Notes: generated by a model from the letters alone, not told the origin. Positions 19,519 through 30,073 are shown, numbered from the stretch's first letter. The stretch is 64,000 nt of DNA from Fibrobacterales bacterium (GCA_051532035.1 JAOPTW010000036.1:32001-96000), one strand, 5' to 3'. A program made the numbers and translations.

Positions 19519-20751
19519 TTACAGTCCCTTCATGAATGAATAGTTAAGTCCAGCAAACACTCGGTGATCTTTAGTATACTCTCGATTACTTAAAAATTCA
19601 TACTCTACATTCAACCATAGATTTTTGATAACCGCATATTCACATACCACTGCAACAAATTTAGAATCATAAAACTTCTTTTTGCTCTCCCCCTTATCCT
19701 CGCTCCATTTATACCTCATATATCCAGCATTTACCCCGGCTAACAGGTTATCCAATATTTTGTATTCATACCCTGCCGTCGCCTCCTGCATTTCGGTGTC
19801 ACTATCAAACTCTTTAGTATAGCTCACATAAGCACCGTACCCAGTAACCCGTGCATCGATCATATGGGCAATAACATCCTCAGATACCCGGACTGTTTCA
19901 TCTTCATAAAGTAACAAGCCATAATTCAGAGTCATGTGCAGTTTTTGATTTACAGTATATAGATATCCTCCCTGAATCAAGTTGCTAGTGGGGTGGTCTA
20001 ATAGATCAAAGTACCGTGTGGTGTCCTGCTCTGCATCATCAAAGGTATAAGAAACCAGTATTCGGTCATTGTTCCTTACATTAATACGTCCCGAAACATT
20101 TGCATGATCGAGAGATGACGTTTCAAAATCCCACACTCCGTTAGTAAACAGGTCATATTTTTCTTGGAGCATCACGTTGGCACCCAGGCCGGCAGTTCCT
20201 TTATCGTCCTTCAATGCTTTTACATAATCAGCCAACAAAACGATATTCTTCAGCCCGGTGAATTCAATGCTTCCACCAGTGGTCAAAAAATCAGAATCCG
20301 TATGTATAAAATCATCATCATATGCTGTCGGAACAACGTACCCACCATAAGCCTGCAGCGTCAGCATATTTTTAATGGTGTACTGCAGGTCAAGCCCATC
20401 CATCCAAACACTTCTATCTATAAAAGTGTTATACATACGACCGACTGCACCGGTAACATTTCCCGATGGTGTTCTATATCCAGCCTTTGCAAGTGATAAC
20501 CGATAGTCATTGGTATACTCCGAACCCCGGTTTTTATATATATCAGAGTAACTCCCTGATAGTAATGCGAATACACCGTTTTTTTCAAATGATGAGTTCA
20601 GTGCATGATATTGAAAAATTTTCTGATCAACTGATTCGTCTTTACTTTCCAGATAATACGCACCAGCTTTTACCCGAGCAGATATATAATCTGCATACAC
20701 ACTACCTGAAGCCACAAGTAACGTGAGTAGAATTCTCGATAAATTATTCAT
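19519..20751 (-). CDS. Putative outer-membrane beta-barrel (porin of a porin-cytochrome conduit)
   Basis: Signal peptide VYA; alternating amphipathic Tyr/Gly-rich strands; C-terminal RVFAGLNYSF; lies between multiheme cytochrome genes. Confidence 0.75.
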   Translation of the reverse strand: MNNLSRILLTLLVASGSVYADYISARVKAGAYYLESKDESVDQKIFQYHALNSSFEKNGVFALLSGSYSDIYKNRGSEYTNDYRLSLAKAGYRTPSGNVTGAVGRMYNTFIDRSVWMDGLDLQYTIKNMLTLQAYGGYVVPTAYDDDFIHTDSDFLTTGGSIEFTGLKNIVLLADYVKALKDDKGTAGLGANVMLQEKYDLFTNGVWDFETSSLDHANVSGRINVRNNDRILVSYTFDDAEQDTTRYFDLLDHPTSNLIQGGYLYTVNQKLHMTLNYGLLLYEDETVRVSEDVIAHMIDARVTGYGAYVSYTKEFDSDTEMQEATAGYEYKILDNLLAGVNAGYMRYKWSEDKGESKKKFYDSKFVAVVCEYAVIKNLWLNVEYEFLSNREYTKDHRVFAGLNYSFMKGL

Positions 20752-20786
20752 ATACTCCTTTTACACGAGAGTGTATTTCTGATGTT

Positions 20787-22721
20787 CTATGTATCATTCT
20801 CTTCAACCTCTTCAAAATCTTTATCAGCTCCATGCTCATGTTCATACTGTTTTTTAAGCATATTCCCCGTAAGCCATGAGGGATTCATCGGGTATACATG
20901 AGGATTAAATACAGTCCCATACATATGCCAAATAAGTATGGCCAGTGCCGCCAACCATGCTTCGTAATAGTGTATAATTCTCATAACGTTGATCGCTTCT
21001 TTGGGGATATATTGTACCAATACATTATCAAACCAAAGAGCAAACCCCGTCACGGTCATAACAATCATCCCCCAGACAAGCGCCCAGTATTCAAACTTTT
21101 CTGCAAAAGTAAATCGATCAAATTCGGGCTTTCTTTTGGAGAGACCTAAATTGTAAAAAATCATTTGAGATGCATCTTTCGCATCTTTAATACGAGGAAA
21201 AATACTCATGATAAAAGCAGTACCCCGTTTTGTCTTAAGGTACGCAAGGTGCCAAAAACAGGTTACAACAATTATTACGGCAGATACAATATGAATTTGG
21301 TGACGAATCCAAAACCCACCACTTCGTCCAAAAAGGATATCTGCCCACCATGAATCAGAAAAGCGCAGAGCAAATCCAGTAAAAACGAGCACGGTGAAAG
21401 AAATTGCGAGGAACATATGCTGCAGTCGTTCAACACCATTCATCCGTTTGACCTGTTTTTCTCTTTTCGATTTTCTTACCGCATGTACGAGATCAAGTAC
21501 AATATAAAAGATCATACCGCCAATAGTAGCCACGATAATAACAATATACAGTATGGTAAAAAGATGTTCCCAAAACGAAATTCGATCCACTCTATTCAGA
21601 GTATGAATCTGAGTTGTTTCAGCAATTTCTTGAGTTATATCTTCGTGACATTGAATACAGGTTTTAAGTATATTTGCTTTGTTCGTATTGGAAAGCGAGT
21701 CTTTTTGAGTACGAATATCATGAGCGTTATGACATGATGCGCAGTTAGCCGCAGTGGTATCCCCAAGGCTTGATTTACTACCATGATAATCATCGATATA
21801 TGAAACGTCTCCATCAGTATCAACCCCATATTTTGCTGAGAGTGCCGCCGAGTTATGACACGGAGTACAAGTTGCTACAGCAAGATTTTCGTGACTGACA
21901 AACGATTTGCCATTTGATGTCGAAAGGATTGAGTGTTCACCATGACAACTGGTACACACTGGTGCACCGGTTTCACCCCGAGCAGTAAGTTTACCGTGAA
22001 TACCACTCCAATATTTCTTCTCTTCCGCTTCATGACATTGACCGCACGTTTGTGGAATTATAAAATGATTAATTTTTGAGTCATGGTTACCTGGTGAATA
22101 AATTTTGTGGGCTGATCCATCAGTAAAGTGACAATCTTTACACCGGGCAGGATTAATCGAATCATTAGTAGGAGTCATACCATGGATACTATTTTGATAT
22201 TTACTCACGACGGTATTGTTTAAAATCCCATATTTTTCCATCGCATCAAAATTCTCATGGCACAGGCCACACGTCTTTGCAAGATTCTTTTCATGTACTG
22301 AAGAGTTTGTATCAGCCACTTCCAGTATAGAATGTTTTCCATGACAACTTACACAACTAGGCACCAAGGAATCGGTTCCCGGTGTTGCAATACCATGCTT
22401 AGTGTACATTTCAGCAGCGTCTTCATGACAGGTCGCGCACTGTACTGGCTTCACTTTATTAAGGTGTACTGTCATTGCTGTGGTATCATAGATTTCATTT
22501 TTCAGATCTTCATGACACTCAAGGCAATAGGTTCCCTCATGTACCGTTGTATCAATGATATCCTGAGTTGCCACATGTGCCTTGCTATTCTGGCCCTCGT
22601 GACACTGCGCGCACACAGCTGACTGTTCTTCTACATCAAATTCTTCGCCAACGACAACACTCCCTAATCCGGTAATAACCAAAATGAGCATCAGCTTATG
22701 TAATAGTTTTTTAATCTGCAC
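20787..22721 (-). CDS. CbcL-like inner-membrane protein: 11-heme c-type domain fused to a b-type cytochrome (FdnI/HydC-like) membrane domain
   Basis: GTG start; 11 CxxCH, then TM helices with ERLQH...F..L.FTGF, HQIH, WHL, F...EKFEYWALVWG, HYYEAWLA.LAILIWHMY. Confidence 0.88.
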   Translation of the reverse strand: MQIKKLLHKLMLILVITGLGSVVVGEEFDVEEQSAVCAQCHEGQNSKAHVATQDIIDTTVHEGTYCLECHEDLKNEIYDTTAMTVHLNKVKPVQCATCHEDAAEMYTKHGIATPGTDSLVPSCVSCHGKHSILEVADTNSSVHEKNLAKTCGLCHENFDAMEKYGILNNTVVSKYQNSIHGMTPTNDSINPARCKDCHFTDGSAHKIYSPGNHDSKINHFIIPQTCGQCHEAEEKKYWSGIHGKLTARGETGAPVCTSCHGEHSILSTSNGKSFVSHENLAVATCTPCHNSAALSAKYGVDTDGDVSYIDDYHGSKSSLGDTTAANCASCHNAHDIRTQKDSLSNTNKANILKTCIQCHEDITQEIAETTQIHTLNRVDRISFWEHLFTILYIVIIVATIGGMIFYIVLDLVHAVRKSKREKQVKRMNGVERLQHMFLAISFTVLVFTGFALRFSDSWWADILFGRSGGFWIRHQIHIVSAVIIVVTCFWHLAYLKTKRGTAFIMSIFPRIKDAKDASQMIFYNLGLSKRKPEFDRFTFAEKFEYWALVWGMIVMTVTGFALWFDNVLVQYIPKEAINVMRIIHYYEAWLAALAILIWHMYGTVFNPHVYPMNPSWLTGNMLKKQYEHEHGADKDFEEVEENDT

Positions 22722-22770
22722 GTTATCGCACCCGCCTTTTTACAACTTTGTTGTGTATATGAAATATATT

Positions 22771-24240
22771 CTAAATTGTTCCACCTGTGTGACATTCTGA
22801 ACAGCTCTCACTTTTCCATTCCTCATCGATATCAACGGGATGTCGAAAAGGAAGGCCCTTTGTGTTTGTCTCCAACTCACCACTGAGGCCCTGTTCTATA
22901 ATTAAATGACACATATTACAGTCCCTTGTTATCACCTCACCTTTGGCAGCGACATGCTTATTATCGTGGCAGCGGAAGCAGCCATCAGAGATCAAATGTC
23001 CAATATTATCAGGGTAGGCATCCCAACGAGCTTTCATTTCTGGGAATATTGAACCTCTGTACATCTTTTCAATAGCAACGAGTGCACTATCAAATTGTTG
23101 TCTATTCTTCTCAAGTATATCACTATGATTTTCTGTGTAATACTCGACCAATGACTTCTTAATACTTGCCACAGCGTTATCCTGTGTTTCATACTCTTTT
23201 TCGAACAATTCGATTGTTTTCTGCTTAATTTCAGGAATTTCCCGTGAAATTGAGCCAAAATTGAGTCCCTCATTAAGTGAACGATAGGGAGCCTTATATC
23301 TATGGGATGGTCGATTATGACAATCAATACAATCCATTTTTCTGACTTTTTCTGAAGGTGGCGCTGTCTCCTTATAGGGGGAGTCTTCGCTATTATAAAT
23401 TTTTTCTTTTCCTGCCGAAGAGACTACTTTGACCCATGGAATGTTCTGCCTGCGTTTATCTTCAGCCACATAGTAGATATCATTATCCTCAAACATATGA
23501 GCATGAATGCCCTCTTTGCCAACACCGCCCCCTCCAACTTTTATAAGAAGCTTAAGCCTCCACGCTTCATTTTCTAACTCCTCAGGGAAATAGCTATGTT
23601 TTTGCTCAATAGCCCCAAAAAACTTTTTAGGCCAGTGACACTGCCCACAGGTCTCATTTGCAGGACGTAGATTTTCAATCGGTGTTGCAATAGGCTTTGG
23701 GTAATCCCCTACAATTGCATGATATATTTGTCGCGCTCCAGATAATTTAGATTGTACATACCACCCCGCTCCTTCACCAATATGACATTCTGCACATTTT
23801 ACCCGAGCGTGAGGCGATTCCTGAAAAGTGGTATACTCTGGATGCATAATATCATGACACACCGTTCCACAAAACTCATTACTCTCAGTATAGTGATACA
23901 CCTTATATGAGCCCACGAAGGAGGCAAGAAAAAAGCATACAACTGCAATTATTACGATAAATAGACTTCTTAGATGTTTCGGATTAGAAAGGTCTAATAT
24001 AACATGAGCACTGGTAGGCTCATGTTTTTTTTCTGAAACCTTATTCAACCACATACCATACGCGTAAAGCCCCGCCCCTAAAAAGAGTACTACCGGCATG
24101 ACCGTATACGTGATAAGACCAATAAACACATCTGTTGTCCCAAATGACTCCCATAACACAAGGGGGACTTCGATAACAACAAAAATCAGGAGAAAAATCA
24201 TTCCCATAAACGAAAAATAGTTATCTGTATATTTTTTCAT
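22771..24240 (-). CDS. ImcH-like NapC/NirT-family inner-membrane heptaheme quinol dehydrogenase
   Basis: Three N-terminal TM helices; YTES.EFCGTVCH..M.PEY....SPHARVKCAECHIG.GA.WYVQSKLSG.RQ; 6 CxxCH + 1 CxxxCH; MDCIDCHNRPSH; FPEMK..W..YPDNIGH..S.GCFRCHD. Confidence 0.88.
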   Translation of the reverse strand: MKKYTDNYFSFMGMIFLLIFVVIEVPLVLWESFGTTDVFIGLITYTVMPVVLFLGAGLYAYGMWLNKVSEKKHEPTSAHVILDLSNPKHLRSLFIVIIAVVCFFLASFVGSYKVYHYTESNEFCGTVCHDIMHPEYTTFQESPHARVKCAECHIGEGAGWYVQSKLSGARQIYHAIVGDYPKPIATPIENLRPANETCGQCHWPKKFFGAIEQKHSYFPEELENEAWRLKLLIKVGGGGVGKEGIHAHMFEDNDIYYVAEDKRRQNIPWVKVVSSAGKEKIYNSEDSPYKETAPPSEKVRKMDCIDCHNRPSHRYKAPYRSLNEGLNFGSISREIPEIKQKTIELFEKEYETQDNAVASIKKSLVEYYTENHSDILEKNRQQFDSALVAIEKMYRGSIFPEMKARWDAYPDNIGHLISDGCFRCHDNKHVAAKGEVITRDCNMCHLIIEQGLSGELETNTKGLPFRHPVDIDEEWKSESCSECHTGGTI

Positions 24241-24441
24241 GTGTAACCCACAAAGTTATAATTAGAATGAGTATATCACAACTCTCTCACTAATTGCCAA
24301 TGTTATATGTATGTGAATATTTCACAAAGGAAGCAAGAATAAATGCAACAACTTAAAAACTAGACCAATTGTAAATAAATAATTTATATAATGTTTACAG
24401 AGTTATTCACCGTGTCGCACATAAGGGTTTTTTAAAAATTT

Positions 24442-25713
24442 ATGGTACATTCCCAAACTAGACAGCATACTTGTATTCTCGGTGTAAATCACAAATCTGC
24501 GGCAATCAACGAACGTGACCAATTGGTATTCACCCAAGGTGAACAATCGAAGGCGCTCGAAACATTCTCAGCTATCCCCGGTATCGAAGAAGTTATTCTC
24601 ATTGCTACCTGTAATAGAACTGAACTCTATATGGTCGTAAATGACGAACCCCATAAGTTTTTACCCCAACTTCGTGCAACGTGGTATCGCTTAAAAGGAA
24701 TTGAAAATAGTGACCTTGATACTGCGCTCTTTTTCCTTGCTCATGAATATGCCATACAACATCTTTTTCGTGTTACCTGCTCACTCGACAGTCTCATTGT
24801 GGGAGAAGTACAAATTCTAGGGCAAATTAAAAATGCCTACCACTTTGCTAAAGAGCAAGGAACTACAGGGTCCTATCTTAATCGCCTTTTTCAAGAATCC
24901 ATTAAATTGGGCAAGCGGGTACGCCATGAAACCGAGATTGGTAAGGGGGCCGTATCTATTAGTTTTGCAGCTGTAGAGCTCCTTCGTAAACACTGCCCCA
25001 CATTAAAGAAAGCACGTATTGGTATTTTAGGTACGGGTAAAATGGGCGAACTTGCTGTCAAAAACTTATTAGACTCAGGTGTTGACTCTATTCACTTTAT
25101 CAATCGAACGTTTGCAAAAGCTGAGGAGATGGCTGCGCAATATAATGGAACCGCTTGGCCATTAGAATTACTCCCAGAAGCTCTCGATTCTCTCGATATT
25201 ATAATAACATGTGCCTCTTCGTGCGAACCATTAATAACAAAAAAAATTATTGAAAAACGGAATATCAAAACGCCACTCATTTGTGTTGATATTGCTGCAC
25301 CACGTAATATTGCTGCTGATGTTATCCTTTTTGATGAAATAACTCTCTTTGATATCGATACACTTAACTCAATTGTCGATTCAAATATTGACAAGCGCTC
25401 CAGTGCTATCTCTGAAGTAGAAGAAATCATTGCTACAGAATTAACCGAATTTTACGCATGGTATAATGCCCAAGAAATTGTTCCGGTACTGAAAGCCATG
25501 CGCTCTCACATTCAAGCAATTGCCCAAAATGAGCTCAAGCCACTCGAGTCCCACTTGTGCGATAAAGAGTATGACTTAGTTAAAAAAACAATTAACTCAT
25601 TAACCAACAAAATACTACACACCCCCTCCAGTGCTTTGAAAGAGATGTGTAGTGACGGTCGTGCGAAATCAGCCTCACTCTGGGCCAAAGAGCTTTTTGG
25701 ACTCGAAATATAA
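24442..25713 (+). CDS. hemA: Glutamyl-tRNA reductase
   Basis: GVNHKSA, TCNRTE (catalytic Cys), SLDSLIVGE.QILGQIK, GTGKMG, NRT, DIAAPRNI. Confidence 0.95.
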   Translation: MVHSQTRQHTCILGVNHKSAAINERDQLVFTQGEQSKALETFSAIPGIEEVILIATCNRTELYMVVNDEPHKFLPQLRATWYRLKGIENSDLDTALFFLAHEYAIQHLFRVTCSLDSLIVGEVQILGQIKNAYHFAKEQGTTGSYLNRLFQESIKLGKRVRHETEIGKGAVSISFAAVELLRKHCPTLKKARIGILGTGKMGELAVKNLLDSGVDSIHFINRTFAKAEEMAAQYNGTAWPLELLPEALDSLDIIITCASSCEPLITKKIIEKRNIKTPLICVDIAAPRNIAADVILFDEITLFDIDTLNSIVDSNIDKRSSAISEVEEIIATELTEFYAWYNAQEIVPVLKAMRSHIQAIAQNELKPLESHLCDKEYDLVKKTINSLTNKILHTPSSALKEMCSDGRAKSASLWAKELFGLEI

Positions 25714-25724
25714 TTCAGGAATGT

Positions 25725-27206
25725 ATGGCTAAACGCTCTTCAAATCCCCCACCCTCAAAACATTCAAAATCGATCAATCTGGAACTTCGGTTTGTATTTG
25801 TCGTCTTTCTTATTACCACAATAATCGTCACCCTTAGCTGTTTCGGTATATACTTTCTACACAAAAAAGGAGTTCTGAGAGTTGCGGAAAAAGAGTTCTT
25901 TGCGAAAACTGTTTCTATTAATATTCCTCTTCAACACCTTTTTCGTCATAGTACTGAGCATAATGAAAAATTTCAACCCATCATTCAACCATTTCTGAAT
26001 GAGATTCAAACGGCAAACTTTGATCAGTTGAAAGCAATTTTTATTCACGACCAGCATCAACAAGTACTCCTTGCTACATCCCAGCAATTACCGACAGCCC
26101 TCAATCATATTAATTTTAATACTTTTCAAAAGAGTCCAGTCTTTGTTATAGATACATCACTTATGGTCATTACCATGCCCATGAATATTAAAGGTAGAAG
26201 CTATTTTCTTACAGCAATGTTCACCTTGAAACGGCATTTTGATGCGGTGCAGACTAATCTTATCCAGCCACTTATCTATATTGCCATCACGTATATTTTT
26301 ATCATTGTATTTCTCGCATTTGTCGTCGCCAAAAAGATGATTCAACCCCTTAAAAAAATGACTCGAGCAATAAAACGCTCTTTTCCCGGTCAGGATAACA
26401 CCGTCCGTAGCTCAACTAAGCTGAATGAATTCGGACAACTTGAACTACTCTTTCAAGAACTTCTTGAGCATTTAGAGAGTCATCACCACGAAGAAAAACG
26501 CATTCAATTGAGCCTCATGCAAACCGACAAACTTGTCACTATCGGAACACTTGCCGCTGGAGTCGCACACGAGATAAATAACCCCATTACTGGTATGCAA
26601 TCGTGTATGGCTCATTTAAAAAAGTTGTGTGAAAACCAAGAAAAAGCACTCCGTTATATTGAGCCTGTTGACCAATCGATAGTCCATATAAAAAAAGCTG
26701 TAGCGGGATTGTTAGATTATTCAAAAGTACGAAATTACCTATTCGAACCAGTAAATATTTTCGATGTAATAACTCAAGTAGAACAGGTAGTTTCTTCGCA
26801 ATTAGAACAGAAAAAAATATCACTTCTCATTGACCTTCCCGAAAACCAATATTGCGGAACCTGGGATCTCAATGCACTCAAACAAGTCATTATGAATCTT
26901 GTTTTGAATGCAATTTATGCAATCAACTCGAATAATGGATCTATTATAATTTCTGGTTTTAGAAAAAAAACTGTTCTTTTACTTCATATACATGACAACG
27001 GTCCAGGTATTCCGACTGATATTATTCATAAAATATTTAACCCTTTTTTTACTACAAAAGCACAAGGTAAAGGTACTGGACTCGGACTCGCGGTATGTAG
27101 GAACATTATAGATGCTCACCAAGGGAGCTTATCTGTAATTTCCGAACCACCGCAAGGCACGACTTTTACTATAACTCTCCCCCTTTTGTCAGAGGATCTA
27201 ACATGA
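25725..27206 (+). CDS. Membrane sensor histidine kinase (NtrB-like)
   Basis: Two TM helices flanking a periplasmic domain; HAMP-like linker; LAAGVAHEINNP; QVIMNLVLNA; DNGPGI; FNPFFTTK; GTGLGL. Confidence 0.93.
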   Translation: MAKRSSNPPPSKHSKSINLELRFVFVVFLITTIIVTLSCFGIYFLHKKGVLRVAEKEFFAKTVSINIPLQHLFRHSTEHNEKFQPIIQPFLNEIQTANFDQLKAIFIHDQHQQVLLATSQQLPTALNHINFNTFQKSPVFVIDTSLMVITMPMNIKGRSYFLTAMFTLKRHFDAVQTNLIQPLIYIAITYIFIIVFLAFVVAKKMIQPLKKMTRAIKRSFPGQDNTVRSSTKLNEFGQLELLFQELLEHLESHHHEEKRIQLSLMQTDKLVTIGTLAAGVAHEINNPITGMQSCMAHLKKLCENQEKALRYIEPVDQSIVHIKKAVAGLLDYSKVRNYLFEPVNIFDVITQVEQVVSSQLEQKKISLLIDLPENQYCGTWDLNALKQVIMNLVLNAIYAINSNNGSIIISGFRKKTVLLLHIHDNGPGIPTDIIHKIFNPFFTTKAQGKGTGLGLAVCRNIIDAHQGSLSVISEPPQGTTFTITLPLLSEDLT

Positions 27207-28567
27207 AAATATTTCTCATAGATGATGATGCGAGTATTCGTATCGGTATTGGCGATGACCTCCGTGAAGCTGGTCATACTATTTATGACTTTGAAAATCC
27301 TCTCACTGCCCTCCACTCGTTTACCGAGCTTGAGCCTGATTGCGTGCTCTGCGATTACAATATGCCCCAATTAAACGGACTGGATACATTAAAAAAAATC
27401 AAGGAACTCGAATCTTCTGCAATAGTTATCATGATTACCGCATTTGGGAATATAGAATTAGCCGTTGAGTGCCTCAAAGCAGGGGCTTTTGATTTTATCA
27501 CCAAGCCATTTGAAATTGGGGATATTAACCATACTTTAAACAAAATTAAAGATTTTGTTGATTTAAAAATTGCCAACCGCCAAATGAAGCAGACCCTACA
27601 ATCTCATTCTCAATTCCAAAACCTTATTGGAAGTCATGAACTCATGTATTCTCTATTCAAAAATATTGAAACTATTGCTCCATCAGATGCTACCGTACTC
27701 ATAGAAGGTGAAACCGGTACTGGAAAAGAGCTGGTAGCCGAGGCTATCCACTTTCACAGTGAGCGAAAAGATAAACCTATAATCAAAGTAACCTGTGCTG
27801 TATTTACTAAAACACTACTGGAAAGCGAACTATTCGGACACGAAAAAGGTGCCTTTACCGGAGCGCATAAACAAAAAATTGGCAGAATTGAACAAGCTCA
27901 GGGAGGAACACTCTTTTTGGACGAAATTGATGACCTTGATTTTGATGTCCAGGTTAAGCTCCTCAGGTTTTTACAAGAAAGGACCTTTGAACGAGTTGGT
28001 GGTGAAAAATTACTTTCATCCGACGTCCGAATTATCGTTGCAACAAAAGCAAACCTAGCGGATTTGGTTAAGGCTGGTTCATTTAGGGAAGACCTCTATT
28101 ATCGTTTAAATGTACTCCCCATCCATATACCATCATTAAAGGACCGAATAACGGACTTACCCTTACTTATTAAACATTTTGCTGATAAATTTTCATTGGG
28201 TACAGAGATAACCTTAGAAGACGCTGCACTGCAGAAGCTCATGCATTATACATGGCCCGGAAATGTAAGACAACTTGAACACCTCGTTCAAAGACTCTGC
28301 CTTACTAGCGCCAATGCTTGTATTACTCCTGAAGATCTTCCAAAGGAATACTTTGAATTTGATACAGACAAAACATCAGAAGAACAGCCTTCCCTATTCA
28401 ATCTTAACGAACATTCAAGTTTTGAATCAATAATTAAAGATGTTGAGAAGAACATTTTGACCCACGCACTCGATAAAAGTGGGGGCAATCAAAAAACAGC
28501 TTCCAAACTGTTAAAATTGCCTTACTCAACCTTTCGGAACAAACTAGACAAACATTCAATCAGTTGA
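27203..28567 (+). CDS. Sigma-54-dependent response regulator (NtrC/AtoC family)
   Basis: Receiver domain (DD, D.NMP, KPF); GETGTGKE; ESELFGHEKGAFTGA; LFLDEI; WPGNVRQL; Fis-type HTH; ATGA overlap with the kinase. Confidence 0.95.
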   Translation: MKIFLIDDDASIRIGIGDDLREAGHTIYDFENPLTALHSFTELEPDCVLCDYNMPQLNGLDTLKKIKELESSAIVIMITAFGNIELAVECLKAGAFDFITKPFEIGDINHTLNKIKDFVDLKIANRQMKQTLQSHSQFQNLIGSHELMYSLFKNIETIAPSDATVLIEGETGTGKELVAEAIHFHSERKDKPIIKVTCAVFTKTLLESELFGHEKGAFTGAHKQKIGRIEQAQGGTLFLDEIDDLDFDVQVKLLRFLQERTFERVGGEKLLSSDVRIIVATKANLADLVKAGSFREDLYYRLNVLPIHIPSLKDRITDLPLLIKHFADKFSLGTEITLEDAALQKLMHYTWPGNVRQLEHLVQRLCLTSANACITPEDLPKEYFEFDTDKTSEEQPSLFNLNEHSSFESIIKDVEKNILTHALDKSGGNQKTASKLLKLPYSTFRNKLDKHSIS

Positions 28568-28609
28568 ATTCCCGCTACTCTTTTGAATTAAAAACAAAAG
28601 TGTCACCAA

Positions 28610-28649
28610 TATTAAGTAACAACACCAAATCTGGTGTCGTTACTTAATA
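28610..28649. promoter_or_regulatory. 40-bp palindromic upstream activator sequence (candidate enhancer-binding-protein site)
   Basis: TATTAAGTAAC-A-ACACCA-AATC-TGGTGT-C-GTTACTTAATA; its 22-bp core is repeated inverted at 30899-30920. Confidence 0.7.
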
Positions 28650-28696
28650 GCCCCTGCCTACATTCCTCCTATTTCGAGCGATAATTACAATTTCAT

Positions 28697-28713
28697 TAGG
28701 CATGATCCTTGCT
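28697..28713 (+). promoter_or_regulatory. Sigma-54 (-24/-12) promoter
   Basis: TAGGCATGATCCTTGCT = GG-N10-GC with TTGC, about 50 bp upstream of the octaheme gene. Confidence 0.75.
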
Positions 28714-28763
28714 GTAACATAATACAAAATACCCGTATACTTATTTCAAACAAAGGAACCACA

Positions 28764-30044
28764 ATGAAAAAGTTACTCATCATAACTGCGATTATATCCT
28801 CAGCTTTTATTGGCTGTACAGAGGATTCTGCGACTGCTCCGGTAGTTGTTGATCCAGATGCGTCTTATGACAGACATGCTGGTGCAAGTGATTGTGCTGC
28901 ATGTCATGCAACTCAATACACAAACTGGAAAGAATCTGGCCATGCATTCAAACTGAATAAAGTTGTTGGTGATTCAATACCAGCATTCCCCTTTACTAAT
29001 ATTGCAGCAATGTTCCCCAATACCGTAACCAATTCTCTTGCTGAAGTTCCCGACGCCCCAATGTCGATCGCAACAACTGGATATATTGTTGGTGGGTATG
29101 GCTGGAAGGCCCGATATATTGATACGAGTGGCTTAATAATACACGGCGCGAATGCACAATACAATTTTGCTTCAGGTACTGTACCAGCTTCATTCTCAGC
29201 ATATCATGACGGAGAAGCTCACTCAGCCTATGCTTGTGGCTCTTGTCATGCTACCGGCTGGGACCCAACCGCAACAAACCCTGATGCACCACTTATGGCA
29301 GGAAACATGCAATATGACGCCATAACCTGTCAACGATGTCACGGTGATAATGTGACCGCAGGTCCTGGGCACAACACAAAAACATTTACAGCGATTAATG
29401 CCCAAAACTCAAGTGATGTTCAAGGTGCAGTAGCTGAATTTGGAGCTCTGGGTGCAACACACAAAGCAAATACCGTTTGTGCAGTATGTCACGTCCGTGG
29501 TGGTAGTGCTAAAGTAGTTCAAGTAAGTAAGGGTCTAATCAAACACCACGAACAATCACACGAACTTCTCGTTGGAAAAGGCGGAGCTGCTCACGGGTGT
29601 GTAACCTGTCACGATCCACATTCATCAGTTAAATATGACGCTCAGGCTGCTGGTCAAGGAGTCACAAAAGACTGTTCAGTATGTCACAATGCAACATCAA
29701 CAAAGCCTATTACTGTTAATGCTGCATACGCCGGCCACAGTTGTACCGGTTGTCACATGCCAAAAATTGTAAAATCAGCCGTTACTTCTACTGATACCTA
29801 TGTAACAGGAGTTACAACTCTTGGTATTCCAGGTGGTGTTACTGGTGATATGAGATCTCATATCCTCTCCTTAACCTCTACATCAGATACTGCATTTACT
29901 GCGGCGAATCTAGATGGAACAGCTGCGGCAATATCAATACCAGTCGATTACAGTTGTATGACCTGTCACGGAGCTGGCGGTGCTGGCCCAACAACGGGAG
30001 CTGAAGCAGCGGCGTCATTGATTATAACACCAGTTCACCCTTAA
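28764..30044 (+). CDS. Octaheme c-type cytochrome lipoprotein
   Basis: Lipobox FIGC; CAACH, CGSCH, CQRCH, CAVCH, CVTCH, CSVCH, CTGCH, CMTCH. Confidence 0.9.
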   Translation: MKKLLIITAIISSAFIGCTEDSATAPVVVDPDASYDRHAGASDCAACHATQYTNWKESGHAFKLNKVVGDSIPAFPFTNIAAMFPNTVTNSLAEVPDAPMSIATTGYIVGGYGWKARYIDTSGLIIHGANAQYNFASGTVPASFSAYHDGEAHSAYACGSCHATGWDPTATNPDAPLMAGNMQYDAITCQRCHGDNVTAGPGHNTKTFTAINAQNSSDVQGAVAEFGALGATHKANTVCAVCHVRGGSAKVVQVSKGLIKHHEQSHELLVGKGGAAHGCVTCHDPHSSVKYDAQAAGQGVTKDCSVCHNATSTKPITVNAAYAGHSCTGCHMPKIVKSAVTSTDTYVTGVTTLGIPGGVTGDMRSHILSLTSTSDTAFTAANLDGTAAAISIPVDYSCMTCHGAGGAGPTTGAEAAASLIITPVHP

Positions 30045-30073
30045 TTCTTCGAGTTATTACACTCACAACATAC

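Noticed and set aside
18720..20751. Calling the barrel and nonaheme MtrB/MtrA
   Set aside because: The barrel is only 410 aa and the cytochrome has 9 hemes with c3/c7-like FSH..H motifs, unlike decaheme MtrA and the much larger MtrB
24311..24328. Rex or CRP box in the divergent promoter
   Set aside because: The spacer is 5 nt rather than 6, so no named regulator was assigned; kept only as an unassigned palindrome
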